A stretch of DNA of 61,991 bases, filler included, from Sanchytrium tribonematis (taxonomy: Eukaryota), in the NCBI GenBank assembly GCA_018985235.1. It is 10 parts of 10 records of this genome, joined end to end, with 100 filler letters (N's around TTAATTAATTAA, not from the genome) between each part and the next. Parts side by side here need not be neighbours in the genome. Positions count along the whole stretch, not along the records: positions 31,168 to 37,275 come from JADGIG010000554.1; positions 37,376 to 43,472 come from JADGIG010000555.1; positions 43,573 to 49,652 come from JADGIG010000556.1; 7 more parts are not named here. The stretch is one strand, 5' to 3'. Each line of letters starts with the position of its first letter. The first letter of the stretch is position 1. The notes beneath the pieces were generated by a model. The model searched no databases, was not told the origin of the DNA, and was given only the letters and a program-made list of their open reading frames with translations. The position numbers and the translations under genes are program-made. Shown piece after piece: positions 31,522 through 44,040 of the stretch.

Positions 31522-34500
31522 TTATATAAGATTTTGATCTTCGTCATCGCTGCCTGTATAGGTATAGTCCAAAGCGTTTAGTAGCTTATCCACATCTCCT
31601 AGCGTATCTTCTTTAGGAGAAGACGTATTTTGAATTTCTTCCTCTCCCACATCTTCCATCGCCTTTTTTTCTTTTCTTTCTCGCAACAAAACATGTCGAC
31701 GTTTCTTTACCTTTTCTGAAATTGTCAAGAATGAATCTTGTAGCTTTCCTGGTTGAATCTTTGGCTTTAATGCAGGATTTGTCGTTGCAGAAAATGGTAA
31801 TTTGTTTGAAGAAGGCGGGGTTAGCACCATCAACACCGTTATATTTTTATCGAAAAAGGCTTCTAATCTTTCGTCTGCTAGAACAACACCTCTTAATGCA
31901 TTGAAACTAATCCGGAAATTCTCTGTTTCTTTTATAGCAGTAGTTGGAGAGGTTGATTTGGAAGCCGTAAATTCTGATTCGGCCTGAGCAAAATCATATG
32001 CGGTTCTTAAAAATCTGGAAATAGCATCCAAATGTTGCTCTCCTTTCAAATTTCGAAAAACGAAAAGGAATGACTCAGAGAGTTGAAAAAGCTGCTCTTT
32101 ATCAAGATATTTATCGTTATCGTCGTCGAAGAAAGAAAACCAAACATTCATTCGTGACAACAAGTCGCCAAAATATAATTTTCCCAAACCTGTGACAATA
32201 TCCTGAAAAGATAGACCTCCATCGCTATTGCTATCCCATGATTTAAATATTCTCTTGATCAGAGTAGCCCCCATAACTATATTTTTGAGATTTTCACTGT
32301 CTTGAGTATTATTTGAATTGTTGTCTTCGACATCTTTCACTTTATTTAAAGTCGTTTCTGCAAGATTAGATATTGTTCGTTGATGTATTTTCTCAACAGA
32401 AAATGTGAGTTGTATCTCTTTTTCACTCAAGAAAGCCCAAGATGCTAAATCGCCAATGAATTTTGCAAAATAATATGAATTAAGATTTTCGTCGCTTCTA
32501 AATCCTGCGTAATACAGAACTCCTGCAAAAAGCTTGTAAAGCTCTTCCAGTTGATCTCTAGAAAATTTGGAGCTGTCTTTAAGATTCCGTATGCGACTCT
32601 TTTTCGCGAGGTCTTCAACACCCTTAATGACTGATAGCTGAAATTGTTTTCTCAAATCGTGTATTTGATTGGAATTAACAGTGCGAAATTCCTTGAGTGC
32701 TACAATCATTAATTCATCGAATTTGGTTGCCGATTCCTCATTTAAACCAGAATTCTTTGAAAACATGGGGTCATCACTCTTTGCTTCCAAAGTACTGAAA
32801 TAAACCTTCATTATTTGATATATTTCACCTTCATCCCTAGCTTTGAGGATCGCCTCTGAATTAATTCTAAAAATAGCAAGAGCTATTTGAAATAAAACTT
32901 TAGGACCTTCAACAAATAGACAATCTAAAATTCTGACAGCGAATTTTAAAGGGACAATACTGACATACAAAGATAGAAACCATGGCAAACATTGCATACT
33001 CACACTAATCTCGATGCTTCCCAAATGTCTAGAAATTATTGGAAGCTGTTCATCTAATAAATACTCCAATACTTTCAAATCCAACATTCCGCCATACATA
33101 TTTGTGCTATAGTATTGCGGTAAAAGTCTTTCGCAAATCACAGTCAAGACCCAAAACGCTTGCTCTTCATTCAGATATATCAGTAAAACAGAGGCAACTA
33201 AATTCATGGCCTGACAATACCCTAGCTCAATGTTGCTGATGCTGTATGCTAATAGCACCCGCCTCAATCTGTTTATTCCTTCGTCCGAGTGATAAGCTTG
33301 ATATTCTGGTAAACTTCTATGTAAGTCTTTCTCTATTTCTTCACTGCTTATTGATTTATGGCCAGCTGGAATACTGTCTAATATTTCTTTGTAATAACCT
33401 GCAGTCAAAAATTGCTCATACAGAGCGCCACATGACCAAAGCCAAAAGTCCGGTCTGTATTTGTTTGGCACGCCTAGTCTGACTAGTCGGACCAATTTCG
33501 AGGTTTTACACATCGTCAAATTGGCGCCGTTTTCCATCATGTAGCTTAACCACGCCTTGCTTTTTACGTTTTCTCTTGACTCTCTATATTAAAGAAAATT
33601 ACGACTCATTATATGGATAGCCAAATTCGCTGGCTAAATTCGGTTGAAAGGTAGTGTCCTTGTTTTTAATTCTTCTGTTTAATCGTTCTAAATAATCGTG
33701 TTGAGTCTGTAAAGTACTTACAAAGCTGGAGACACTTTTCACGATGGGTTTTTGCTCCTTAAGCCTTTGCAAAAATAACCTCAGAAATTTATCTTCTAAT
33801 TCTTTACCAGTCAGTTCAGGATTTCCCATAAACATGAACGAAAGCTTTAAATAATGAAACGTTTGTATTGAAATTATACCAGGCTGTCGTTCCTTTTCTT
33901 CAGTATCACTTCTTTCTACTTTTCTCACTACAAACAGTGGAAGCACAAACATGAGTTCTTTATGTTGAGCTGTAAAGCAGAAAAATGTTTCAGATAAAGC
34001 AAAATGACCAAAAAGATTGACAAATTTGCCTTGGTTGACATTACATGATCCATCTAATAGTACGTGCTCGGAATCAGGTAAATTGTACGACATTCGCATG
34101 TTAAAATCCTTTTTTTCTTTCTTTACATCTATATCACTCATGTCTTGCTTTTTCTTGTCTCCCTCTTTTGAAGAAAAATTTTGTCCAGGAAGAGAATCTG
34201 CAGCTGCAGTTTTGAGCATCCTTTCCACTGCCTTTGTGCCTAAAGATTCTAAAACTTCCACTGTTTCTTGCAAATGGAAAAGATTTACAAAGTGATATTG
34301 TTTGTCACTCGCTGTTATTTGAATTCCCCCGCTAACTAAATTTTTCACAGCATTGTCTTTTGTAATTTGTTGAATGTCTTTCATTCTAATAACTTCTTTG
34401 ATTTCCTGACCCATTAAAAAAGAATAATAGCATATATAATTATGTGATATGTACAACCAGCCTTGTGACATGCTAAAAGAACAAGAATAGTAAGCGACTA

Positions 34501-34912
34501 ATTTTTCTTCCTCGCTAATTTTAAACAATTCATGGAATGCTCTTTCGGCATTCAATACGCTAACATCCTTGCCGGAACTATTCATTGACATCAATTTGGT
34601 AAAAACATAATTTGATCGGTCATCTTTGTCTTCGAGTTCTGTTAGTTGGGTCAAAATGTTATCTTTCATATTTTTTAAATCCTTTTCCAGTCCTTTTAAA
34701 GAGTCATTAGATGCTACTATGTAAGTGTTTGAGTCTCTCGAAATAACCATCCGAAATGGTAGTTGACTATAATCCATTATACTCTTTAGAGTACCCATAA
34801 TGTTAGTAAATAATTTAGATTCAAATGATTTTTGCTTTTGAAATATAAAAACGTCATCGACTAAGGAATTTTCCCAGCCAATATTGCTAACTGCCTGCGG
34901 AAATAAAATCAT
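31522..34912 (-). CDS. Rab-GAP with GRAM-GRAM-TBC-EF-hand domains (Mdr1/Gyp2, TBC1D8/9-like), 2 exons (34912-33603, 33583-31522)
   Basis: EEKLVAYYSC..QGWLYIS GRAM domain; IEKDLHRSLPE and GYCQAMN TBC fingers; DSNSDGGLSF and DDDNDKYLD EF-hands. Confidence 0.92.
33584..33602 (-). other. 19-nt intron (GTAATTTTCTTTAATATAG)
   Basis: Joins the 437-aa and 672-aa ORFs in frame: FGYPYNES/ESRENVKSKAWLSYMMENG. Confidence 0.88.
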
Positions 34913-34972
34913 GAAAACAATGTTTCAACTCAATTTCTACGATTTGGTGGTTATGTAAATTAACAATGATAT

Positions 34973-36452
34973 TTATTCAGAGATTTCTTCCGGGACTTCA
35001 TGGAATATGAGTGCTTCCACAATTGTCATGATTACAACTATTGTACCAAAAAGGATACTCAGAAAGTGTGGGAGATATTTGTACCATACTTGCTTGTAGT
35101 CTACGTTATTAAGATGCCAATTTAAATATAAATAAGATGCCGGGGGCACAATAAATGCTATGTTAGTTTAAGTTACCCAGCGTGCAAGCAGCAACCCCAC
35201 CAGTAAGATCGAGAACGATTGCAAGATTCTCTGTGAATAAAGTTATTCCAAGTGTCGACAGGCTCAGTCCGACTGTCCATGCCACATGCCTCGAAAGCGG
35301 CATAGGAGGGGGTTGAAACTCATCTTCATTTGACAATGGCATAACTCCGCCTTCTTGTTCCTGAATTTTGGGATCGTGGAATTGAACTGAATGATGGCTG
35401 TGTACCATCGATTGTTTTCTTGATAGTGTCAAGGACTTTAAAGAATTAGATCTGATTGATTTAGATTGTATGGAAGATTCACCGTCGTCTATTCTATAAA
35501 GTTCCATATTTTCCATTGCTGCAGAATTTTGCCTCTGGGCTATAGATTCCTGAACAACTTTTCCAGGGCTTGTAAAAAATAAGTTGTCGGCAACTTCCCT
35601 TGCTACAAATAATTCAAGCGGATATGTCATCATCATGATAAAACAAAAGGCTAATTTTGCGCAAAAACTCATTGTGTTTTCAGCGAAACTATCCAAAAGG
35701 TCACTTCTTGTATGTTCACCAAATATATAATAACCAATAATCCCAGTTACTAAACAACAAGAACCTGCAGTTAAGAAACAAATATGTATAACGGTAGAAA
35801 ATCTTTCGTATGTTGCATTATTCAATGATGCCCGCATTAAAAAGGTATTGTGGTGACATACAAATGAGAATGCTAAGATTCCGATTGCACCAAACAAACC
35901 CGACTCTGAATCACTGACTTGCTGCGGCTCATTCTTATAAGGACCATGAAATAATCTGTACACAACAACTCCAATAATAAAAAATATCGTTCCTACGCTC
36001 AATGCAGACGCTTTTGCTAAAGCACTTAAATTACGTAAAAGTGATATGGCTAGGATAATAGGGTAAACAAGCACTAAAACTATGTTTCTGGGAACATCTA
36101 GTCCTAATTTGTTCAATAGCTTGGGGAGGTTATCCCCTATAATTACATAAAATGCACATAATCCACCGTATGCCATAGCAAATTGTAAAATAGTCGAAAT
36201 AATGTATCCCTTATACCCCAATACATAGTCAAGCAATAATGGATATCTAAATCTATTCGTCATTTCACCGCACCTAACTAGAATTTTCATGGTCCAGCCT
36301 GAAAGAAAAGCGAGTAAAATTGTTAAAAAAATTCCAAGAGGAAATCCAACCAACCTGAAAGCGAAAGCAACACCAACTACACCAGCTCCAAGAACTGAAT
36401 TGATCATGTTAATAGTAACACCTGGAATACCTGCTTTAGAACCATCGTGCAT
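34973..36452 (-). CDS. Amino-acid transporter (Aa_trans, Avt2/SLC38-like), 2 exons (36452-35177, 35157-34973)
   Basis: NMINSVLGAGVVG, FSFVCHHN, TYPLE; after splicing GGVAACTLAFIVPPASY plus a last TM helix. Confidence 0.9.
35158..35176 (-). other. 19-nt intron with canonical CTAAC branch site (GTAACTTAAACTAACATAG)
   Basis: Restores the conserved LAFIxP motif; CTAAC sits directly before ATAG. Confidence 0.9.
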
Positions 36453-36596
36453 ACTGGAGTTTCAAGTAAACAAATTCAAGCCACAGTATTGTTTTCACGA
36501 TAATATTTAAAATTTGTCATTTATATTTAAATCATAATTATTCAGTATTTTGGGATAAAAATTAAAGGGTTCAATCTCCAATTCCCTTATTTAGGA

Positions 36597-37275
36597 ATGT
36601 TTCATTTATTAAAATTTTTGGAGACGGAAAAAAGAGATACTGATGAAATACATTGCTACATTAATAATTATCTGACAGATGTGAGAAGCAAATCATCTCA
36701 GACTGAAAGAGAATTAGAAGACAAAGAAATACAGGTAAAATTTAGGGGAAAGGATATTGAAGCCCAAGCAAAAGCAAATGTCTTAGATGTTGGGTCCGAT
36801 GCCATTGTAGAGCAATCTACTAGAGGCACAGATGCGAATTTCCAAATGACTGACCAGTGTTGCGGTAATCATGCATTTTTTTCTGATAAAACTTCTCAGT
36901 TCGCACTAGAATTAAATGATCAAGGCACTTCAAGCTCCGATTTGATTGAGAAGAAAACTTATTTTAGCGTTGCGATACACGCTAGTCCCAAAAGAGTGGA
37001 CTCCTGTACCGTATCGGATAATTTTCACTTAAAAGCCTTGGCTGGTCAGATAATGAGTTTGCAAAACAAACTAATTTACGAAAAGATGGACAATGTTCCA
37101 GGCATCAAGCAATTGAGACACAAAAAGCCGACTGAAATTGCCATAGCTACGAAGTTCAAATTTGTCGAGAGAACTTTTGAGGAAATTAAAAAAAAGGTGG
37201 TGAAAATTGCAAATGTCAACACCACTGATTCTGAGATGTTTCAGCAAGTCTTAGAAAACACGGATATTATTGGAA
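36597..37275 (+). CDS. Hypothetical protein, 5' part
   Basis: ATG ORF open to the contig end; no recognised domain. Confidence 0.55.
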
Positions 37276-37375
37276 NNNNNNNNNNNNNNNNNNNNNNNNN
37301 NNNNNNNNNNNNNNNNNNNTTAATTAATTAANNNNNNNNNNNNNNNNNNNNNNNNNNNNNNNNNNNNNNNNNNNN

Positions 37376-38890
37376 AAATTTAATAGATCCAGAAGAACTG
37401 ATAATAATAGGCCACGATCCCGCTTTTAAAGACATAATGTGTACGAAAGGCAGTTTATGCAATAGTTGTGAAAAGTTGCATACATCTTCAGTATCTAATA
37501 GAAAATATGTAAAAATTGTTTCTCAACTTAATGGAATAGATCCTTATGATGTAGCCTTTCCAGAGCAATTCTGTTTACAAAGCCTAGTCCGCTATATGCT
37601 TCATGAAAAAGCGATATTGTATAACATTGGACTGACTTCTGGGATATACTTACCAAATTTGCAGGCGATGAAAGCCTCACTTTTTGAGCAATTTCCATTA
37701 GCTGCAATTATAAGGCACCATCCTGAATTATTTCACTATTTGCTTGTAGAAAAGGAATGCTTCTCTGTGCAACAACTCAATGTAATAGATGCTCCAAAGC
37801 CTTTGTTTTTTGGTCTCAAATCTTTCTTCGTAGATGAAAGGTTTTAAAGATTCCCTTTCCATCCAGTTATTCCATTGATAGAGATACCACTGAATATTTA
37901 CTGACCCGGCTCTACGGGCTGCCTATTGAAGACATTTATGATCCCAAAAAGTTTAGCATGGAACTGAATTATCAAAATGTCGGTTTAAGGCAACATTACT
38001 TTGGTGGAAAATTATTTGAATTAAATTCGAGTGGAACAAGCATATCAAGTAAAGAAGTCGAAAAATACAGAAAATTTCTCGGAAATAAAATGGGAAAAAC
38101 AACTGAATTGATTCCGATCAAAGAAACAGATAAAGTGGACGGCTTTACTTATCAAAAGTGGAGTACAATTGAGCAAATGAAATTTGGAAGCTTTGAAGAC
38201 TTTCATAAGTTTTTCTACAATTACAGATTTGAGTGCCCACTCCACGACCCTGAAAGAAGTTCTAAAAATATCAATTTGGGAAGCACGCTGAGTGCGAGGG
38301 ATGTTGAGTTTTATTTTCGAACGGATGGGTTTGTTGTATTACGTAAATTAGATATTTTAATCCCATTTGAGGTTTTTGGTTCTGATAAAAAATCAATTTT
38401 GATTTTCCTCTATGCCACAGTATTTCAATGCCAAAATATTCAAGCCGTATCCCTCTATGAATTTGAGAAAATCATACGAATTCTTTACAATTTCAATGTC
38501 GCGAAATATATCCCAGACTATTTTGATAAACACAATTTACCGAATACTTATAAATTCAGCGTTGAATACAATTGTGGTATTTTAAAGTGCACACAGTATT
38601 TTCCACCAAATAAGTTACGCATCCGGAAATACATATCAATGCTAAAAAGTTTCCGGAAAGAGGTGGATCAGAATGTAAGGGCCAAGACTTTGAGATCTCT
38701 CACAAATTTTGAAGGCTGGGGAAAACCTAGAGTAGCCAATCTGGGAGATCTTCCTTGGAATAACACCGTAGGAATACAACCCTCGACATTTTTTAATTTG
38801 ATTTTTAGTGAAATGAATCTTGGAATGACTCAAACTCAACAAAACAGCACTACGATCAACATGATAGACTCAGAGGAAGAAGCTTTTTAA
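37376..38890 (+). CDS. Hypothetical protein (two ORFs, probably one gene)
   Basis: ORFs 37437-37847 and 37958-38890 join in frame if 37830-37849 (GT..AG, 20 nt) is removed. Confidence 0.5.
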
Positions 38891-38920
38891 TTTTGGCAAT
38901 TGAAGTGTAAAAGGAATTTA

Positions 38921-41900
38921 TTAATACTTTGGGATACCATTTATCACTTCCTTGGCGGGCCTGTGCTCACCATAAAGCGCATCAGATACCAGTTGCTGTT
39001 CCTCTAAGATATGTATTTTTTTCATACCAGTTGCAACTGCTGCACTCGCTGGTCTTGCACAGACAATTATTGGATCTGACCTGAGTTGTTGATGAGAAGT
39101 TTTACCGCTAGCCGATTTTGTCAAAGTCGAATGTTTGACTTTGTTGGCACACGACTTCAGTCTTGGTTCGACAAATGACCACATGCCCATGTTTATTGGC
39201 TCTTCTTGAGTCCAAACGACTTCCGCATTTTTGTATTTATCCATTTGATCTGCGACTTCCATCCATGGGAATGGCGTTATCTCCTCAATTCTAACGACAG
39301 CAATGTCCTTTATCTTGTTAAGGTCTCTTGCTTGTACCAATTGATAATAAACTTGTCCAGAGCAAAATACCAACTTTTTGACCTTTTCATCTGATTGCAA
39401 AGAGCCAGTTTCTGGAATTACTCTCTTAAATTCCGATCCCTTTTCGAATTCATCGAGATTACTTTTAGCCATAGGATGTCGCAGTAATGACTTACTAAAC
39501 GGTAAAATTAAAGGTTTTCTGAAGTCCCGTGAAACCTGTCTTCGTAGAGAGTGAAAGTAATTAGATGGTGTAGAAGGATAAACAAGTTGGATATTGCAAT
39601 CTTGATACTGTCTTTTAAGCTGATTTTCATTTGGAAAGGCAAATGAACTTTCATCTGACAGCTGGAGAAATCTTTCAATTCTTGAACTAGAATGTTCGGG
39701 ACCTTGACCTAAATTAAAAATTATTTACCATCATAACCATGAGGAAGATTTAAAACTAAACCAGTATTTTGAAACCACTTTCTTTCGCCAGAAACTAAAA
39801 ATTGGTCGATCATAACTTGGGCATTATTTGCAAAGTCCCCAAATTGAGCTTCCCATATGATCAAGCTGTTGGGATCCACAAAACTGAACCCCAATTCAAA
39901 TCCCAAGATCCCAAATTCACTTAAACTTGAATTGCATACAGTGTATTTTGCCTGAGAACTATTTAGGTGATTTAACGGAATATACCTATTTTCAGTTTTT
40001 TGATCTATTAAAACTGCGTGTCTCTGTGAAAATGTTCCACGCTCCACATCTTGTCCACTAAGTCTAACAAACTTATTTTCCACTAATAGACTTCCGAATG
40101 CCAACGCCTCAGCCGTAGACCAGTCAATATCCTTTTCCTTTTCCAAGCTTGTTAGTCTACTTTGAATGATACGAGTAAGCGCTCGATGTCCATTAAAATC
40201 TTTTGGCAAAGTATTAGTTTTTATGCCGATTTCTTTTAAAATATTTTTATCGACACCAGTTGGTCGAGTTTTTGCGACGGTTTTTGCAAGCTGTTGTGGG
40301 GACGGAAATCCAGCCCACAAGCTAGAAACCCATTCTTTTGGCTCCGGCAAATAATCTTTGGAACGCTCATAACTTTGTTCTAAAAGACCGAAGATTCGTT
40401 CGCTATTCTCTTTCACATAACTTTCGGTCACGCTTCCCTCTTTAATTAATTGAGAAATGTATTTTTTCACAACTGGATCCATTTTGGCAATTTTTTGGTA
40501 CATTTTAGGTTGGGTAAAAAGTGGCTGATCTATTTCATTATGACCATATTTTCTATAACAAACAATATCTATAACAACATCCTTATGATATGTCTGTCTC
40601 CATTCAGCTGCTATCTCCATGCAAAAAACGACTGCTTCCACGTCATCTCCGTTTACGTGCAAAATAGGAGCCCCAACTGTCTTGGCAACATCACTACAAT
40701 ACGGCGTGGATCTAGAAAATCTAGGATCTGTTGTAAAGCCTATTTGGTTATTAACAATGATATGAATGGTTCCACCAGTCTGATATGAAGGCAACTCACT
40801 AAGACCAAAAGTTTCATAAACCACGCCCTGACCAGCAAAGGCCGCATCACCGTGTAAAAGGATTGGCATTGCTACCTTGTGACTATTTTTTTCGCCATGT
40901 TTGTATTGTAAACCTTTCACTTTACCAACAACTACAGGATCAACTGCTTCTAAGTGTGATGGATTTGCCACCAAAGACAATTGAACCCGTTTCCCACTTG
41001 GCGTCGGTCTATCGTATGTCATTCCCAGATGATATTTCACATCACCACTACCTTCAATCTCTTGTAAATGAGTACCTTTGAACTCGTTAAATAAACTTTC
41101 ATTGGGTTTACGTACAACGTTACTTAATACATTGAGTCGTCCTCTATGAGGCATTCCCATGACAATGTTGTTTACACCCATATCAACAGCTTTGTCAATT
41201 AAGCACTTCATTCCGGGGATTAAGGCTTCGCAGCCCTCTAATCCAAATCTTTTATCACTAGGATATTTCTGAGCTACAAATTGCTCAAAATGATCAGCCC
41301 ACATCAGCCTATCTAAAATCACTTTCTTTTTCTCACTCGAAAACTTATAAGGCTGCGGAATCTCAAATTTTTCTCGAAGCCAATCACACTGTGTCCTACT
41401 TGGAATATGGAAATATTCGATTCCAATTGACTTGCAATATATGTTATTCAAGGTTTCAACAATTTCCTTTAATTTCATTTTTGGTTTTATATGCTGAAAT
41501 CTACTCAAGATTCCAGGACCCAAAGCAAATTCTTCCTCTAGGTCCTTTAAACCATAGTGTGCTGGGAATAGTTCTGATGGTTGTTTACTATCCAAATCCG
41601 CGTGTCCAAGTTCAAGCGGATCCAATTTTGCAATATGATGACCAGTCACTTGATATGCTCGTACTAATAATTGTACTTTTTGATGTGCAGATATGCTGGA
41701 AAAATTAAGCTCGGCTAACGGTGGTGTCTCTACGCCTCCAGGAGCATATCTTTGCATGTCGCCCTGACCAATTCGTGTAATATCTTGCTCGAACTTGGCC
41801 AAGTCTGCAGTACTTGGATTTTGACCAAGCTGGTTAAAAAATGCCTTCCAACTTGAATGAACACTCTCAGGATTTTTGAGAAAATCCCTATACAGCTGCT

Positions 41901-41943
41901 CAGAGTATCTATTAATTAAATTTCTTGCAACTCTGTTTAACAT
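38921..41943 (-). CDS. KGD1: 2-oxoglutarate dehydrogenase E1, 2 exons (41943-39729, 39708-38921)
   Basis: KRFGLEG, GMPHRGRLN, HGDAAFAGQG, RLSGQDVERGTFSQRH, PHGYDGQGPEHSS after splicing. Confidence 0.98.
39709..39728 (-). other. 20-nt intron (GTAAATAATTTTTAATTTAG)
   Basis: Removal restores the conserved PHGYDG/QGPEHSS motif exactly. Confidence 0.96.
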
Positions 41944-41979
41944 GAAAATTAAGTGTTTTCTCCGTTGAAAAAATATATT

Positions 41980-43116
41980 TTATTTTGGTGTAGTAAAATT
42001 TCTTGATTCTTTTTGGATGCTACTTTTATGAATGTGGTCGAATGGAATAGTTTTATGTGATTTGTTAGCTAAAGGGGTTGAGTAATCTTCCATAAATGGA
42101 ATGTTTCTATTCGGTGTTGATTTATAAGGCGTTGCCACGGGGGTTTTCGTCAAGTTCATCATAAATTGAATTCTATTTTTTTCCTCTTGCCTAATCATGT
42201 GCCTTAGCTCCATCCTTTCCCTAGCAATTTGATTCATATCTTCAGCCAACCGATTCCGCTCTCGTTCCATATTTTCTCTTTCTGTAATGTACTCACTTTT
42301 GCTAAACAATATTTCATCTACAGCTTGTGCGGGGTTCGTCTCGGCATAGTATGGCTGCTGAAATTGTGCGCTAGTAGCAAGGTCTAGCAATCTATTTTGC
42401 TCTTCAATGATCTTGGATATCATAGAATTATCAAATTTTCGTTCCGTTTGTAAATTTAATTTTTGAACAAGTTCGTTGATAACCTCCTGTGGATCCTTGG
42501 TCTCAAATTCTGATGGCAATTCGAAAAGTACTCCTTTATACAGTGATTTATAAAATGACAACTCTTCTTTCAAATACGTATTTCGGTCATTAAGCATATC
42601 AATGTATTCTTGATAAGCATCAGGGACATTTTCTAAATGAGTTTGCCCCAAGTAATTTTTATACGTAGGACTAAAATAAATTTCACTTTCTTTTCTTACA
42701 TTTAGTTTCATTGACTTGATCGTCATATCCTTCACCTTCCCGAACTCAATATCTTTTCTTTTCGAGTCACTTGAAGTTTTAGACTTTAAAAAATTCATAT
42801 CTTGTCGAACAGACTGTTCCTGCTTTTTAATTTGTGATATTAGATTTTGAGACAATTCTAGTTCGTGGTATATTTTGCCATACTGCAATGTTAATTGATT
42901 AAATTGAGACTGTACTTGTTGATGTTCTGTTTGTAGGTAATTGTGACTTTGTTGTAATTGTGAATATTCACCATCCAATTTGGTAAGTTGATCATGAACA
43001 ATATTAACTTGTTGCCTGTATTGCTTGACTAAATTTAGCAAATCCTGCATTGCTGTACCAGAATCATTAAAATCAATATTGAGCAAACTTAGCTCATAAC
43101 TCAAGTGCTCGTCCAT
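41980..43116 (-). CDS. Coiled-coil protein, possibly ADIP/SSX2IP/Msd1-like
   Basis: Long heptad region and a DSKRKDIEFGKVKD pattern; family call is tentative. Confidence 0.6.
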   Translation of the reverse strand: MDEHLSYELSLLNIDFNDSGTAMQDLLNLVKQYRQQVNIVHDQLTKLDGEYSQLQQSHNYLQTEHQQVQSQFNQLTLQYGKIYHELELSQNLISQIKKQEQSVRQDMNFLKSKTSSDSKRKDIEFGKVKDMTIKSMKLNVRKESEIYFSPTYKNYLGQTHLENVPDAYQEYIDMLNDRNTYLKEELSFYKSLYKGVLFELPSEFETKDPQEVINELVQKLNLQTERKFDNSMISKIIEEQNRLLDLATSAQFQQPYYAETNPAQAVDEILFSKSEYITERENMERERNRLAEDMNQIARERMELRHMIRQEEKNRIQFMMNLTKTPVATPYKSTPNRNIPFMEDYSTPLANKSHKTIPFDHIHKSSIQKESRNFTTPK

Positions 43117-43287
43117 GAAACTAGGGTTATTATTTTCGCTTGAAAGTGGTGTTTTCAAATTCTAACGTGGACAATTTAAGCAAGGCACTTCATTAATGAA
43201 TTTTTAAAAATTAGATTCTTTAGACTTGGTACGTATAGAGTAATAAATCCCTCAATTGTTAAGGAGACAACATAAAACGCCGAATCT

Positions 43288-43472
43288 ATGATTAACTTTA
43301 CAAAGCAATTTTTTTATCCAAATATCTCATTACACGACTATCCTATACTTTCGAGATATCCGAATCCCCATTCTAGTCACGTTATTGCTAGTGATACGGT
43401 GAAAGCATACACTACTACAATTAATGGAAAAATTTCCATGATTGTTGAAAAGTTACATACCAAAACTTCGAA
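43288..43472 (+). CDS. Hypothetical protein, 5' fragment
   Basis: ATG ORF open to the contig end. Confidence 0.35.
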
Positions 43473-43572
43473 NNNNNNNNNNNNNNNNNNNNNNNNNNNN
43501 NNNNNNNNNNNNNNNNTTAATTAATTAANNNNNNNNNNNNNNNNNNNNNNNNNNNNNNNNNNNNNNNNNNNN

Positions 43573-43981
43573 ATGTAAACTGAGGAACCTCTAATTTTCT
43601 AAAATATAATGAAAATCCATGCATGAGTGAGAAGAATCCATATCCATCTGTATATTGATGATGTATGCCACTCATAATTAGCATCCCATCATTCAATTTG
43701 ACTTGATGAAGAAAGAAAATTGGAAATTCTATTTCATCTGGGTAAATCGAATATGGAAATATGTCGTATTCTTGAAAAGAATGCTCTAAATAGTTTTTAT
43801 GAGATATGTTTTGAGTAGTCAATTGATAATATGGCCTATATTGAATCAAATGAAACAAATCCAAATAATTTGAATTTAAATATTCTGATAAAGATTCTTT
43901 CAAGTCAACATAGTAATCATAGACCCAAATCAATGGAATATAACAGGAAGGCATCGATTGATCCAGTGCATTATTGATCAT
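43573..43981 (-). CDS. CoA-dependent (BAHD/Tri101-like) acyltransferase, 5' part
   Basis: LDQSMP..Y N-terminus and HHQYTDGYG (HxxxDG) active-site motif. Confidence 0.8.
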
Positions 43982-44040
43982 GACGTCGTGGCGTATATTT
44001 GAGACTCGCTAGAAGTAGCACGACGTCTCAAACATCAAAC

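Noticed and set aside
31168..43472. Possible second organism in the bin (contigs 6, 7 and 9 look slightly less AT-skewed in codon use than 1 and 8)
   Set aside because: An impression only and not quantified; both sets share the same 19-20 nt introns and upstream motifs; tetranucleotide and coverage analysis is needed
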